Source: Amoebidium appalachense
Taxonomy: Eukaryota > Protista > Ichthyosporea
Length of the DNA stretch: 64,000 nucleotides
Assembly (NCBI GenBank): GCA_963693365.1
Contig: CAVNZM010000003.1
Span: 13,111,252 to 13,175,251 of the forward strand
Direction of reading: 5' to 3'
In this document: positions 1 to 14,789 of the stretch, in pieces
Position numbering within the stretch: position 1 is the stretch's first letter
How the letters are laid out: each line of letters opens with the position of its first letter
Notes under the pieces: generated by a model
Database searches by the model: none
The model's input: the letters and a program-made list of their open reading frames with translations, nothing else
What the model was told of the DNA's origin: nothing
Program-made: the position numbers and the translations under genes

Positions 1-24
1 CACTGTTGCATATCTTTAACACAG

Positions 25-487
25 ATACCGCGTCCCTCCGGCCAAGTACATGCGCAGACAGCGAGAAGTGCTTGCTCTTTGATGACTGGGATTCGTGCAG
101 CAAGGGTAAGTGGAAATCAAACCCCTGGTATACGTACAATTAGCTGCCAGTGAAGTATCTATCACTCCCCCCCCCCCCCCCCCCCCCCCCTATTTCCTAC
201 CAAGCTCTTACTCCTCAAGTGGTCCCGCCCATCATGTGGCACCACACCAAGCTCCACACCTTGACACACACTATTTTCTCATCATCAGGATCTGCTTCCC
301 CTCCTCCTCCCCCCCCCTTCCCCCCCCTCCCCCCCCCGCGAGCTCCCCCCGCAACCTTCCTCCCTCCCTCGGAAAAAAAAAAAATAAAGCAAAAAAAATA
401 ATGAGCAGGGAAAAACATTTGCTACCCTTTCGTTACCTTTTCCATTTTGCACCCTGGCACGTGCATTTATTAGGGCCTGGAGGAGCT

Positions 488-531
<44 letters not shown>

Positions 532-1390
532 CCTATCTCTCCCCCCCCCCCCCCCCTCTCTCTCTTCCCCCCCTCTCCCCCTTTCCCCCCTCCCCCCTCT
601 TCTTTTGCCCGTTTTTCTCCCCCCTGCCCCTCCCCCCCTCCCCCCATCCCCATCCCCCCGCGACTTTCTTTGCCCCCTTTCTTTCCTGCATATGCAGATG
701 GCTCGGGTGTCAAGAAGATGTCGGATCCTGGCCAGAAGTGTGCCACCTTCATTGGCACATGGCAGGTAGCTGAAAATCTCATGGCTTGCCGCCAGCACTG
801 CCTCGACAACACACAGTGCAACTTTGTGAGCTATTCCCACGGCAGAGCACGTTGTGGTCTATCAAGCGCTTGCACCAACACGACTGCAGAGGCGGGAGAG
901 AAGGATTCGGTGATTTACGCCATTGACAGTAAGTAGACGGAATTGGGTAGGTTAGTAAGCTTCCAAACGCCAGTTCACATCTTAGTGGCTCTGGTAAATC
1001 ATGTTTTGTGTGTAGGTATTGCGAGTGCGAGTACAAGCATGTACATGTCAGCAAAGTGAAGGCGGTTGGTTACATGCTATCAAGGGATCTGGTTTTTCAG
1101 GTAAAGTGAAGGCGGTTGGTTACATGCTATATGATCAACTAACATATCTGCTACAGGACTCCGCCCACCCTACAATCTGACATGTTCAAAGGACGACCTG
1201 TGTGTGGAAGGCATGGATCCTAATGCATGCTCCGGAGGTGAGTTGCCACCGCCACATCACAAATCCTCTCTCAGAATTATTCTACCCCCCTGCCCCCTCC
1301 CCCCCCCGGGCATCCTTCCCTTTTTTTTTTTGGCTCATCCTCTCTCTCTCCCTCTCTCCCTCCCTTCCTCCCTCCCTCCATCCCTCCCTT

Positions 1391-1434
<44 letters not shown>

Positions 1435-1451
1435 CCTCCCTCCCTCCCTCC

Positions 1452-1516
<65 letters not shown>

Positions 1517-1649
1517 CTCTTGTGCTCTTTCTCTCTCTCCCCTGCTCTCTCGTGGTCTTTTTCCTCTCTGATAAACGTACACGCACTCTTGCTGTCTCTT
1601 TCTCATTCTCTCTCAGACCCCCCACCCCCCCCACCTCCCCCTCCCCCCC

Positions 1650-1686
<37 letters not shown>

Positions 1687-4600
1687 ATGAGATACACACT
1701 TACCTAGTCACTGGTGCTTCCGATACACACCCTTTGCACACAGACACCAATAATTGCAACAGTGCCCATTGAATTCCACTTCATCATTCACTGATGACGA
1801 TACACAAACATTGCCTGACTTTGTTTACAGCTGAAGGTCGGTCATTCCATCGATCGGGGAGTGACTGTAGGGGGGGGGGGGGGGGGGACCTCAACCTTAC
1901 ACATGCTGGAAAAGCACAAAGAGTTCCATCGATCGGGGAGTGACACATGCTGGAAAAGCACACGATCGGGGAGTGACACATGCTGGAAAAGCACAAAGAG
2001 TTCCATCGAACGGGGAGTGACTGTAGGGGGGGGGGGGGGGGACCTCAACCTTACACATGCTGGAAAAGCACAAAGAGATGAATTTTTTGTAGAATCTGCA
2101 AGCAGCTTTTGCATGCACTTATCCTTCCCTATACCCCAGTTGAGAGAGGCCTTAACATAATCAGTCCTACGGCTGCCTGCTCGGAGGCCACTGCTGGGGT
2201 TCTGTTGGGCACCCGTACGGGTGTAAATCTTATGGAGTGCAGGCAGTTCTGCCTGACCACCCCCCGTTGCCGTGCCATCACGTTCTTCACCCGCGCACCA
2301 AGTGCGGGAACATGCAAGCTTTTCTTGACGTGCACTCAGGTTGGCGCACCAGGGGGCCCAACATCCTACAAGATAATTGGTAAGTGAAGAGATTTCAGGG
2401 GGGGGACACCTGACAAAAGAATCTGCAAGAAAACCTGAGCAGTATTCGAATACGAGCTATTGCGGAGTTTATACTCTCTGGTATGCTGAATCTAGTTGTA
2501 AAAACATATTGTGCTCCGGTTTGTTAAAACCGGAGCACAATAAGCAGCCACTGGGCACCTCATTGAGAAAACACACTACCGCAACCTGGATGAGGCTCTT
2601 GCCCCGCAACTTGGATAAGGCTCTTGCCCGCAGATCTGTAATGAATGATTATCTGTGTCCGTCACCAAATCTTGTCAAACGCTCTCCACACAGGCAACCC
2701 CTATCCAGTTACGGCGGCCAGACAGCCTCGTTCGCCCAAATTCGATGCCTTCCGGTTCCACGGTGTGTGGGCACGCTACTACATCGGTCGTCCGTTCGCC
2801 AACTTTGAGGTTCCGGGGCCTGTGGACTTGCATTTTGACCGCAATGAGCCGCACATCAGAAAATACGACCGCCAGCCCAGACAAGGTCATACAAATCTTT
2901 ATCAGGCTGTTTCACGTTTTGAAGAACAGCTTTGCAGATTGATGCTCCCTGTACTTTCCATTTAATCGAAGTAAGCCCAGTCTATGCTGTGACGGACATA
3001 ATGGAATGATTGCAGCTAGGGCAGGTATGGTGAGGATGGGTGAAGAAGGAAGAGGGGGGGGGAGGGGGGAGAGACCGTTGTTTACATTTTTTCGACCTTT
3101 GCAATGCACTTCACATTTCGAAACATCTGTCTAAACCATAAATGCCGTAATGCAGGTGCTGTCGCTGGGGAGTTTGGATTTGCAGATGTCACTGTGGACA
3201 AATGGACCGAAGTGGTATTCAAGCACGTACGGGAATCCTGTGGTGTTTGTTGGCCCCGTATCAGGCAAGGCCAACGTTGAGCCTGTGTCAGCAGTTATAA
3301 GGAATGTCACAAGCACCAAGTTCTTGGTCAGGTTCGTACCTCCTACCCTTCCCCACCCACCCTACCCCACCACAACCACAACCTCCGAGTCCCCTCCTCA
3401 CGTGACACTTACACACACACACACGTGCCAGACATTTGACTATGTATTGCTGACCACATACGTGCACACTTCAGATTGGTGCAACCGTACTGTGCCCAGA
3501 AGATGGACACCAACGGCTACAGTGTTAGCTGGATGGTGCTTGAGGAGGGCCAGCACATCCTGGCTGATGGCCGCATGCTGTATGTGGACAAGGCCCCCAT
3601 CTACACTGCAAAGACCGCCACGTACAGACTGGAGATAGGACTACCTGCGGTATGTTTGTGGATGGTTTTGACAAGGCTTCACCTTATCAAAGAAAAGAAT
3701 ATGTTTTGTTATGTGCATATTTGAATGTGCTGGGTTTCTTTTTTGACAAGGCTTCACCTTATCAAAGAAAAGAATATGTTTTGTTATGTGCATATTTGAA
3801 TGTGCTGGGTTTCTTCAGATTGGTGCTTGCCCAACAAAAATGAGATGTCTTCAACTAACACATGTTTTCAGCCCATGCGGAACCCAGGTGTGATTGCAAC
3901 CATTCAAGATGGCCTGCCTGACGTAGTGTACGAGGTGGGCTATGTGCAAAACGTCACCCGCCTGGCTGTGAGAGTGCAAAGAGATAGGAGTGTGAGGAAG
4001 ACACACATGTTGGCATACGTGTACTTCGAGCGCACAGGTAATTGCATCTTTTCCTCTTCTTTCTCTCGATTCTTTGGATTCGTCTCATAGACTTGAACCA
4101 AGTAAGCAAGAACCGAGAGAAAATGGCGGGAGTACGGGGAAAAAAAACATCATGTTTCTAGCGCTGAGTTCCTAAAGTTTCTTTTTCTTTTCTTTTTTTT
4201 TTTTTTTTTTTACAGAAACCGGGAACTTTGGCTACAACGGTGGCCACGGTGGGCTCAACACAACCAGCAGCACACCGAGGGAGACTCTGTTTGCCAACAA
4301 CGTAGTAGCCAGGGGTGATTTCTACTTCCCCTTCATGAGCTTCGAGCTTACCGACCAAAAGTATCTGATGAAGTTCCCATATGTCAATTTCGAGTAAGTG
4401 CTGTCCCAGTTTCACAGTGTTTTCCTTCGACAGCCTCCGTTTAACACAGCAATAATCTTAGCAATAATCATTGCTAAGATGTAAAGCCCCCGTGGTTTAA
4501 AAATTATTGGATGCCTGTGGTTTAAAAATTCTACTACCTCCAATCGAGTTCAACTCTGATTATTGCTAAGATGTAAAGCCCCCGTGGTTTAAAAATTATT

Positions 4601-5866
4601 GGATGCCTGTGGTTTAAAAATTATTGGATGGTTTAAAAATTATTGGATGCCTGTGGTTTAAAAATTATTGGATGCCTGTGGTTGTTCATGTGTTCGAAAG
4701 CCCCCGTGGTTTAAAAATTATTGGATGCCTGTGGTTGTTCATGTGTTCGTGGCCCTGATGGTGATAAAAGCCATTAGTGTAATGAACAGATAACAAATGT
4801 CAATCACCTCATCGTACATGCACCCCTTACCTTCGAACTCCGTGCCTGTGTGTGCTAAATGTTGTTCTTACACAGCTACTGGGGAGGTGCCTACTGGGGT
4901 GGGCTCAACGCCTTCCTCACGGGATCGCCATGCAGCAACGAAAATATGGCAGTCGGCGACACATCCATCAGCTACCTCGTGCTGGCCAACTTCACCGATA
5001 ACTTCATACGATATGACGGTAACAGTTGGAACAAATTAGAAGAGTGTTCCACTAGCCCACAAGAAGCACCGCATATGTATACACAGTGCCAGGTTGCTAG
5101 TACAAACCAACGGGCATTGCAAACCGTATCTTTTCCTCCTTCTTGTCATGTTTTTTCCGTCTTTTCTCCTTAAATTTATTTTTTTTTCTTTTTTGAGTTG
5201 CCAAAGGGTTCTCTTTTCCCCCTTCTACTCTCCCCCGTTTGCCTTTGCATGTGTCCTTCGTGTATGCGTACTTCGTACCGTGTTCCGCATTCAAACCTCC
5301 CCCCCCCCCTCTCCGAAGTTCGGCTTCTTCTTGGTTTTCTTCTTCTCCCCCCCCCCCCCCCCCCCCCCCCCCCCGATCTAAAGGATGATTCTGCAGAGTC
5401 AATTTCGACTTGGTGAAGAAATTAACAAGACTCTTCACCATCATACAGGTTTTGAGCCTCTGGCCGACGAGCGTGGCTTCCAAACGGCCAACGGCTCACT
5501 GGTCGAATACATTGCAACCCTAACATGCCCGTGCAACTGCACTGTTACGCTTTCACTCGTCACGGGCGGTGGTGCTACCAACGTTCTATTTGTGGATGAT
5601 GTCGAGGTTCTCCGCAGCTCTACGGCTGGAACTGCCAACTATGCTTTCTTCTGCAATGGAGCGTCTAAGAGGCTCTTGGTTCGGCACTATGATATAAGTA
5701 TGCTTTCCATGATATTCAAGGATACGGGGGGGGGGGGGGGGGGGGGGGGGGGGATGTCTTGCACTTGTAAGAAGGGTCAAGCCAACTTTTGCTTAACCAT
5801 TCTCTCTGCTTTTGAATAAACAAGCACACGTACAACCATGCACGTGAGCAAAAGAAAGCCCGCACT

Positions 5867-5909
<43 letters not shown>

Positions 5910-6563
5910 CTGGCAATGGCATTGTTGACTTGCAGTGGCGGTCACCAGCTCAGCTTGAGTCCAGGACCATCAACAGCCACTTCACCATTCCCAGTGTGGG
6001 CCCCGCAGTTGTCCTGTCCCATTCTAACGTCATCACCACCGGGCCCGACTCGCAGCAATACTCATACAGGGTAATTTAAGACTTCATCGTGTATATCACC
6101 AAAAAAGCTGCTCTTTTCTGAGCAATTAATATCGATGAATATTTCACCCATGCTGCCACAAAAATTGATGTCGTTTTAAAAAAGAGTTGCTTTGAAAACC
6201 GACTTTAATCAATCGATTGAACTGATTATTTTTTTGGTTTTTGCAGGTGCGGCTCTCTGAACCTCCTCGAGAAAACGTGACCGTTACCATCACCAATCCG
6301 GTTGCCCCGGATTTGTTTGGCTTTGAAACCTGTAGGCTTACATTTACGCCATCGAACTGGGAAGTTTCCCAGACTGTTGTTAGTGGTCCCGTGCGCAAGT
6401 TGGCCACCCGTCCACAGGTAAAAAAAAAAACCCCCCACTGAATTAATCCCCCCCCCCCCCCCCCCCCCCCCCAACAACAACAACAACAAAATAAATCCCC
6501 TTTCCGGATCCCTCCCATGCACATATATACATGATTAGGCTATGAATCCTTCAACTCTTTAGG

Positions 6564-6597
<34 letters not shown>

Positions 6598-8140
6598 GTC
6601 TCTCTCCCTCGGTCTCTCAGACTGTCTCTCTCTCTCATGGCCAGTACTTTGGTGGTGCATTTTGGAGCATCAACATTTCAAAAATGCACCACCAAATACT
6701 TATAATGCACGTGCACCGTGCAGTCACGTACCTCGGGCTTTGACAATTCAACCTACTACCACACAACCCTGCACCTAGTATTGACTCCTTCTTTCTCTCA
6801 TTTCCGCAGATATCCGGTGTGGCGCTTGCCTATCTTACCACAAACAGCACCCAGCCGACATACAACAACAAGGTCACCGCCCTGCAAAACTGGAACCCCA
6901 TATCCATCAATCAACCTTCCGCAACATCCGGGAATCGAACCCGTCGACAGGCCGCACCCATTTGCCGTATCTCTACGTGCACGTCCTGGGGTGACCCTCA
7001 CATTATTACTTATGACGGTTCATGCTATGTATGTTCCCGTTCCCCCCTTCCCCTATCTCCCCTAACCCCTCACTGTTCATTTATGTAGCCACGGTGACCA
7101 TACCCCTCCAACTCTTCCCTGAAATTATTCTCAAATGTCTTGTCTGCCCTTGTACTTGTACCCCCCTCTCCCCCCTCTTCCCCCTCTTCCCCCTCTCCGG
7201 ACCCCCTTCCCCTCCCCCCCCCCCCCCCCTCCCCCCCCCCCTCCCCCCCCCACTCCCCCCCCCCCCCCAAAAAAAAAAAAAGAAAGAAAGAAAGAAAGAA
7301 AGAAAGAAGAAGAAGAAAAGCAAGAAATACACAATTCCCGTTTCTCCCCACCTCCCTTGGTCTCTCTGACAGCTCATCCCATTTTTAACTTGAATCTTCC
7401 CACTTCTTTTACCGAGGCAGATTAGCACCTCTCTATCCCCCCTCCCCCCTCCCCTTTCCCCTCATAAGGAGACTTCAGCACTCACCTGCTGCCCCCCCCC
7501 CCCCCCCCCCCCCTCAGGCACCGGCGGATGCACAGAATTGGATGAGCACTGGTTGGCAGTATCTCAGCCGTGATCGGACGGGTCTTTTTGCTGTTCAAGC
7601 GCTGCAGAGAACTTGCGGACCCAACAAGGTGGCATGCAACAAGGTGATGGCGCTGCGCTACAAAAACACGTCGATTGTGGTCAGCACCAACACGGATTGG
7701 TTCAAGCTTCCCATGTATGTCACCTTTACAATCATATCTCACAAATTTTTGAGACTCTCAACATTTGTACGGTTGTGGTGTCTGACACCACAACTTTTAC
7801 CCAGGCTTCTAAATCTGTTGCTGTGGTTGTGGTAGTTTCACCGTACAAATGTTCAGAGACACCACAACCGTACAAATGTTCAGAGACACCACAACATTTA
7901 CCCAGGCTTCTAAATCTGTTGCTGCGGTTGTGGTATTTTCACCGTACAAATGTTCACTCTATAAACTCATGACGCTGTCACAATCACCGTACAAATGTTC
8001 ACTCTATAAACTCATATGATTTCACCCTCGCACTTCTGGCGAAAACACCACACCCACTCGCACTTCTGGTGAAAACACCACACCCACACGTGAACTCACA
8101 CATACACACATAAACACACGTGCGCGCACACACGCACACG

Positions 8141-8202
<62 letters not shown>

Positions 8203-10463
8203 CCGCATCCGTGACACGAACACACCTAACACGAAACAGTTGGTCAACTGTTCAGGGGCGCATGGACGGGTGGAGTGTGACAACAGAGGGACATGAACTG
8301 GTCATCCGCATGCCCAATGCTGTGAAAGCAATCATCCACCACAGCTGGTGGGCAGAGGTTATTTTGGACATACAGCTGGTAAACTCTTCCCCCCCCCCCC
8401 CCCTCTTCCACCTCCCTTACCTGAGTGTTCACAACATCTGTCTGCATCATCGCTAGTTTAGTTTTATGCACCCGTCTTTGTTGCCCTTAAAGCACGGCAG
8501 CGTCACCATATGACACAGCCTGCACGCTAGCCTAAGGCGAGGTGCATGCATGACGCTGACTATGAAGGATGCTGAGAAGTTTGAATTCAATGGCACATGT
8601 AATTTGAAACGGCAAGTATCGACGGCAAGTATCGATATATCGATGATCATCGGCGTATCGATATATCGATGATCATCGGCGTAGTTGGGCACAACTGGCC
8701 TTTCTTTGTGCCATTCTGATTTTTTTTTTTTTGTTGTTAAGCTACTTCCCGACTCGTAGTATGATTGGGCACAACTGGCCTTTCTTTGTGCCATTCTGAT
8801 TTTTTTTTGTTGTTAAGGGCAAAACTGGCCTTTCTTTGTGCCATTTTTGTTGTTGTTAAGCTACCAACTACTTATCATTTTTTTCAGACCACACCAGCGT
8901 CCTACTGCGGCTGCTTGACAGGAATGTGCGGAGACAAGAATGGCTACGATGATGGTAGGTTTCCTGACGTTCACACCGCTTGTAGCACTTTATGTCGTCA
9001 GGAGAAGATCTTATAGACTTCCTTGTCACTTTTGGTCAGTCTTAGGAATCATAACTTGTAAACGGTCACTTTTGGTCAGTCTTAGGAATCATAACTTGTA
9101 AACGGAGCAAGAAACTTACCCCTTAGGAATCAGAACTTGTAAACGGAGCAAGAAACTTGCCCCTTCGGAATCATAACTTGTAAACTGAGCTTGTAAACGG
9201 AGCAAGAAACTTACCCCTTAGGAATCATAACTTGTAAACGGATTTTTAGGAATCATAACTTGTAAACGGAGCAAGAAACTTTACGTGGGATGTCACCACG
9301 GTAACATGCATAATTATCGCAGCCGTGTATCGATTTGCCACACCTGTAATCTGCTTGATTAAATGAGGATTACCCGATTCAATGTTTTTTATTTACTCGC
9401 CCGTATATCACAAATGCAGCCCCTTTCAGCTGGCTGCAGACAGGCATCCGTGTCCCAGCACCAGAAGTCATTGTTGATTTCCCCAACGCTACGTTGCCCG
9501 CCGCCAACACACTTCTCACCCAGTGCCCGGATGAGCCTCCACCACCACCAAAGCCCATTGCAGGCCCCGCCCCTCGCGCGAAGGGACCACCAGCCTTCCC
9601 TCCCATTCCGGTTCCCCTCTACAAGGATGTTACACTGAGAGATTGCTACCTCTACACCCCACCTCCAAATGGCACTGTGGCTGCAGCTAACCAATCCGTA
9701 GTGAACGCGCTGTTCCCGAATGCCAAAATCAGCCAGTTTTCCCAAGAGGAGTTGGACCTCATGCTTGTGGACGCAACCTGGGACGTTAGCCCGGACAGAG
9801 CAGATGCGGATCTTGTTGTTACCGTTCCTCCAGATACCAATGCCACGGCGTTTGCGGTTCCTCCTGAAGACGCGTCAAATACTACATTAACGGTCCCTGT
9901 TGCCCTTGATAATGGAACCGTCATCGATTTTACACCGGAGTTTGACCCCAATACGGGGACGTACACCCAACCTGCAGGTGTTACCCCAAGACCAGATTTC
10001 GTCGCGGCGTGCACTAAATTGGTGAACGACAGCGCCTGCCCGGGGCTACCCAGCGAGAAAATTACAAGCTTTGTTCAAGCTTGCATTCTGGATTCCACGG
10101 TAGCTAATCGCATGCCAGATGCACAGATTTTGTCAGGAAGCGTCAAGGCCACATGTCAGCAACAGGCTGCTGCTGCCTTGCGGTCGGCCTGCGAAAACTG
10201 CACTGCGCTGCAGACATGCAGTGGGGGGATTTGTGTAGATACTGGCTGCCAGCCAAAGGGCTGTGGGCCTGCGGAGAACAAGTGCATCAACAACACGTGT
10301 GTGTGCTCGGCGAATTACTATGGGTCGTTCTGCGAATATCAAGTAACACCAGATGGTATGCATAGCTTGTTGCGTCCGTGCCATCCGTCGTTTCTTCCTT
10401 TTAAATTTGACTGTTCCACCCCCCTCCCCCCTCCCCCCTCCCCATCTCCTTTTTTTTTTTTTT

Positions 10464-10505
<42 letters not shown>

Positions 10506-12034
10506 TAGCTAAAGCAGTTCGGCAATAACAAAAGACAAATCACAGGCCAAAAGCACCCAAGAAAGAAAAAGGTTAAAATTCAATCTTTCACTCAAAACAA
10601 AAACAGGACGAATCCTGACAGGACTTTAAAAACACGTTGGTGTGCTCCATTTTAGTGTGTTCCCCTATTAATGGCCCTGTGTCTTTGCATGGCACCACCA
10701 TCATCATCCCCCCCCCCCCCCCCCCCCCCCCCCCTCCCTCCCATCAACATCCCCCCCCCCCCCCCCAACACACAGTAGGTGACGGAGCTGCAACTAACTC
10801 TATCAATTATAATGCAGAGAAAACATGCCAAGTGATCCCCAACCTCTGCCTGAATGGAGGGTATCGTCTCCCTTGCCTCCTGCTTCTGCAGACATCCCCC
10901 CCCCCCCCCCCCCCCCCAACAAAAAAAAAAAAAAAAAAAAAAAAAAAAACACAGACACAGATACGTACACCACCACCCAAAAACCCGAAAGAAAAGGCAA
11001 ATTCATCACCCAATCATGCACACCAACTACTTGCATACCTCTTCCTATCAACCCGCCCAACTCTCCCCTCCATCCACCTCCCTCCTCCACCTCCCTCCTC
11101 CACCCCAAAAAACACAGGTACATACACAGACACAGAGACAGCCTCAGGCAAATGCACCACATGCACAAATACGAACTCACAAAAAATCTCCCACATGTTG
11201 TGCTCTGAGGCAAATGCACCACATGCACAAATACGAACTCACAAAAAATCTCCCACATGTTGTACTCTCCTCACTACTGCCACCACCACTGTCACGAGAT
11301 TCTATACGAGTGAGTGTTGAAATATGTGCTTGCAAGTTGTTGATTTGACAGATACAATGTAATCAGCTTTTTGCCATTAAACAATGCGGCACGCGGAACA
11401 CTAAAATCATTCAATCCACCATAGAACATGTGTCGACCTGCCTTTCGGGGATTACAAGTGCAACTGAGTGGCCCCCTTCACCGGTGCAAGCTGTCAAGGT
11501 ATTTAGTGTCCCGTGCCCCTACCTCACCCCTGCTGCATACATTGGAGAGAGACAGCCTGTCTCTTACCATAGTGATTCTCTTGGACTCTAAGACTCACAC
11601 AAGACTCACACAACATATTGAAAGATTCACGGTAAGAGTGATTCTCTTGGACTCTAAGACTCACACAACATTTGTATCTCGTAGCAAGGGACGAATGCAC
11701 GCTCAAGATACACAACTGTGCTGCCCAGGCGGTGTGCACGGACACAGAGAGCAGCTTTACGTGCACCTGCAACCAAGGATATGCAGGCGACGGCACAACA
11801 TGCACAGGTGAGTGGTCACGGAACGAACCCTTATAGCGTGTGGTCATCGCTTTCCCTTATTCTCCTAGGTGAGTGGTCACGGAACGTGGTCACGGAACGA
11901 ACCCTTATAGCGCGTGGTCATCGCTTTCCCTTATTCTCCTAGGTGAGTGGTCACGGAACGAACCCTTATAGCGTGTGGTCATCGCTTTCCCTTATTCTCC
12001 TATAAGACAGAAAGGGGGGGGGGGGGGGGGGGAG

Positions 12035-12110
<76 letters not shown>

Positions 12111-14356
12111 CTTGTGTGTGTTGGGGGGGTTGGGGGGGGGGGGGGGGGGGAGTCAGTAGGCTCAAAGAAACAGCCGGAGGTTGAACTAGATAACTTGAAT
12201 CAACTATAATAATGTAAACTATAATAATGTACTACAAACACAAATTCCTACTAATATCAAATCGAACATGTTGCCACCAGCCATGTGCAGTCTTATCCCG
12301 CCCGTGTGCTTGAACGGCGGTGTCTGCGCTCCAGCCGCAACTGATGCCGGATACACCTGCACCTGTCCCAGGGTAAGTACTATGGAGTAGTCACGTCAAC
12401 AGTTCCCTTCCCCATTTACGCTGCTTGTATGCGTGATGGTAATAAGTTACACATGGTCACGGGTTGCGCATGGGTGCTAGAGTAGTCACGTCAACAGTTC
12501 CCTTCCCCTTTTACGCTGCTGTTCCGGGAACAACTCCACGTGCCTATTCAGTACGCTCATTCCATTACTCCCCCCCCCCCCCCCTCCCCCATTTTTTTTT
12601 TGCCCCCCTGTGCAGCTCTTCAGCGGTGCACGGTGCGAGACTCCGCTGAATCCCTACGGAAACATCAAAGGCACCATGTTTGCTGATGTGAACAACAACG
12701 GCATTTTCGACCCAGACGAGTTTGCGCTCGTTGATGCGGCTGTGCAACTGGTGTCCATCTCAAACTTCACCAATGTCACAGTAGCTTCTGTGTTGACCGA
12801 ATCCAACGGTAGTTATACTTTCCTGTTTGTGAAGCCGGGTACATATGTGGTAAGGCTGGTAAAACACTCTCTGCTAACGCCAAGCGCCATGCGTGACAAA
12901 TTCAATATTCGCCAATCAGAACACAAAGTCTACAGAAGACAAACGGTAGTGGGCCAGTGGAGTGGGCAAACCGAGCAAACAACTACTGTGCAAGATGGAG
13001 TAACAACGACGGTCAGCATGAGCATGCTGCCAGGTGGGTAGCCTGCGGTATTGACTGATATCTACGTGGGGCTGAAGAGATTTGGTGTTGACTTTTGACT
13101 TTTGAAGTGTTTACGGATGTCTTTTTTTCACATGGCTGTTATTGGGGTTCTGAACAGGATTTCGGAATGAATTCTGAACCTTTAGCCTTCTATATGGACA
13201 CACGTTCTGTTTGAACACACGTTCTGTTTGAACAAACGGCAAACTTATTCAATAACACTCCCCCTCAGATTTCGCTTTGTGTGCAAACGGCACCCATAAC
13301 TGTGATGTTAGTGCCACTTGTACAACCAACGCTACCGGGTTCACCTGCACGTGTAACGCCGGTTACGTAGGCAGCGGGACGGTTTGCACACCTGCACCTA
13401 CAACAACAACCACAACAACAACCACAACCACAACAACCACCGCCTCAACCACCACGACAACACCTACAACAACTCTGTCATCAACAACAACAACCACAAC
13501 AACCACCGCATTAACCACCGCCTCAACCACCACGACAACACCTACAACAACTCTGTCATCTCCATCTGCCCTCTCAGTGGTCCCGGCACCAGCACCAGCC
13601 ACCACTACACAAAGCAGCACACCATTAGCAGTTACATGTGCTTCTGGTACTCATGGATGCAGTGTGAATGCTACGTGCTCAGACACCGCGACCGGGGTAA
13701 CATGCACATGCAATAGCGGGTATGCGGGGGATGGAACCACGTGTACACCAGTAACCAGTTCGAGTGGTAGTAGGACTGCAGTTTCGACCCAAACCACAAG
13801 CACAACCACAACCATTACGTCTGACACTCAGGCAGTGGTGAGCCCGACACACATTCCTCCGAGGAACTTCTCCCATTCCTCCGGCTGTTTCTCTTCCAGC
13901 CAAGCATTTACTTTCATGCTTTCCAATGCTGGGGCAGGTGCGGTTAAGTCGGCGCAAGCTCGCACGGTATTCAACACGACCGACCCGACCAACGGCGGTT
14001 ACTGCTTAAGTTTGAAGTCTCCAACTTGGGGTGAAATGCTTTACGACTGCGAGTACCCGACGACCCCCGGGCTTGTCGGATCTTATGACCCCATCCAGGG
14101 TCTTCTAACGATCACGGGAGAGGTGGCGAGATGCCCTATCAGCATCGAAGCGTGGGAATGCCAGAGGTATGTTTTTCTTTGTCTACGTAAGGCTAAGCAC
14201 ACGACATCTGATCATTGACTTCTAGCCGCCAGTTGTGTGTGCTGCATGACTCTTTTCTTTCACACATGCTCCAAATTACAACTCTTGCTACAGTTTATAC
14301 TTTTTGTGCCCCATAAATACCACACCTCTACACAGCGGTATGGGCCTAAGCTCAAA

Positions 14357-14423
<67 letters not shown>

Positions 14424-14727
14424 AAAAAAGGTAGGGGGGGGGGGGGGGGGGGGGGGGGAGGGAGGGCAAATAAAGGAAGTTGGGAAAATAAGTAGTACGC
14501 AACAGAAACACGAAGGAAATTTCAAAAAACAAAACAAAAAAAAACAAAAACCCTTGCTTAATAAGTAGTACGCAACAGAAACGCGAAGGAAATTTCAAAG
14601 GAAGAATTGAAAGGAAAGAAGAGGGAAGGGGGGTAGGGGGAAGGAATGAGCCATTCTCCCTCCTCAGACATACCCCCAGACATTGTGTTGACTTCCCTCC
14701 CTCTCCCCTCCCCCCCCCGGCCCTCCA

Positions 14728-14789
<62 letters not shown>

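Noticed and set aside
110-1707. Long Pro-, Gly-, Ser/Leu- or Arg/Glu-rich ORFs here and at e.g. 41870-42730, 51242-51695, 62145-62869
   Set aside because: They are translations of poly-C/G, (CT)n and (CA)n tracts in introns or LTRs.
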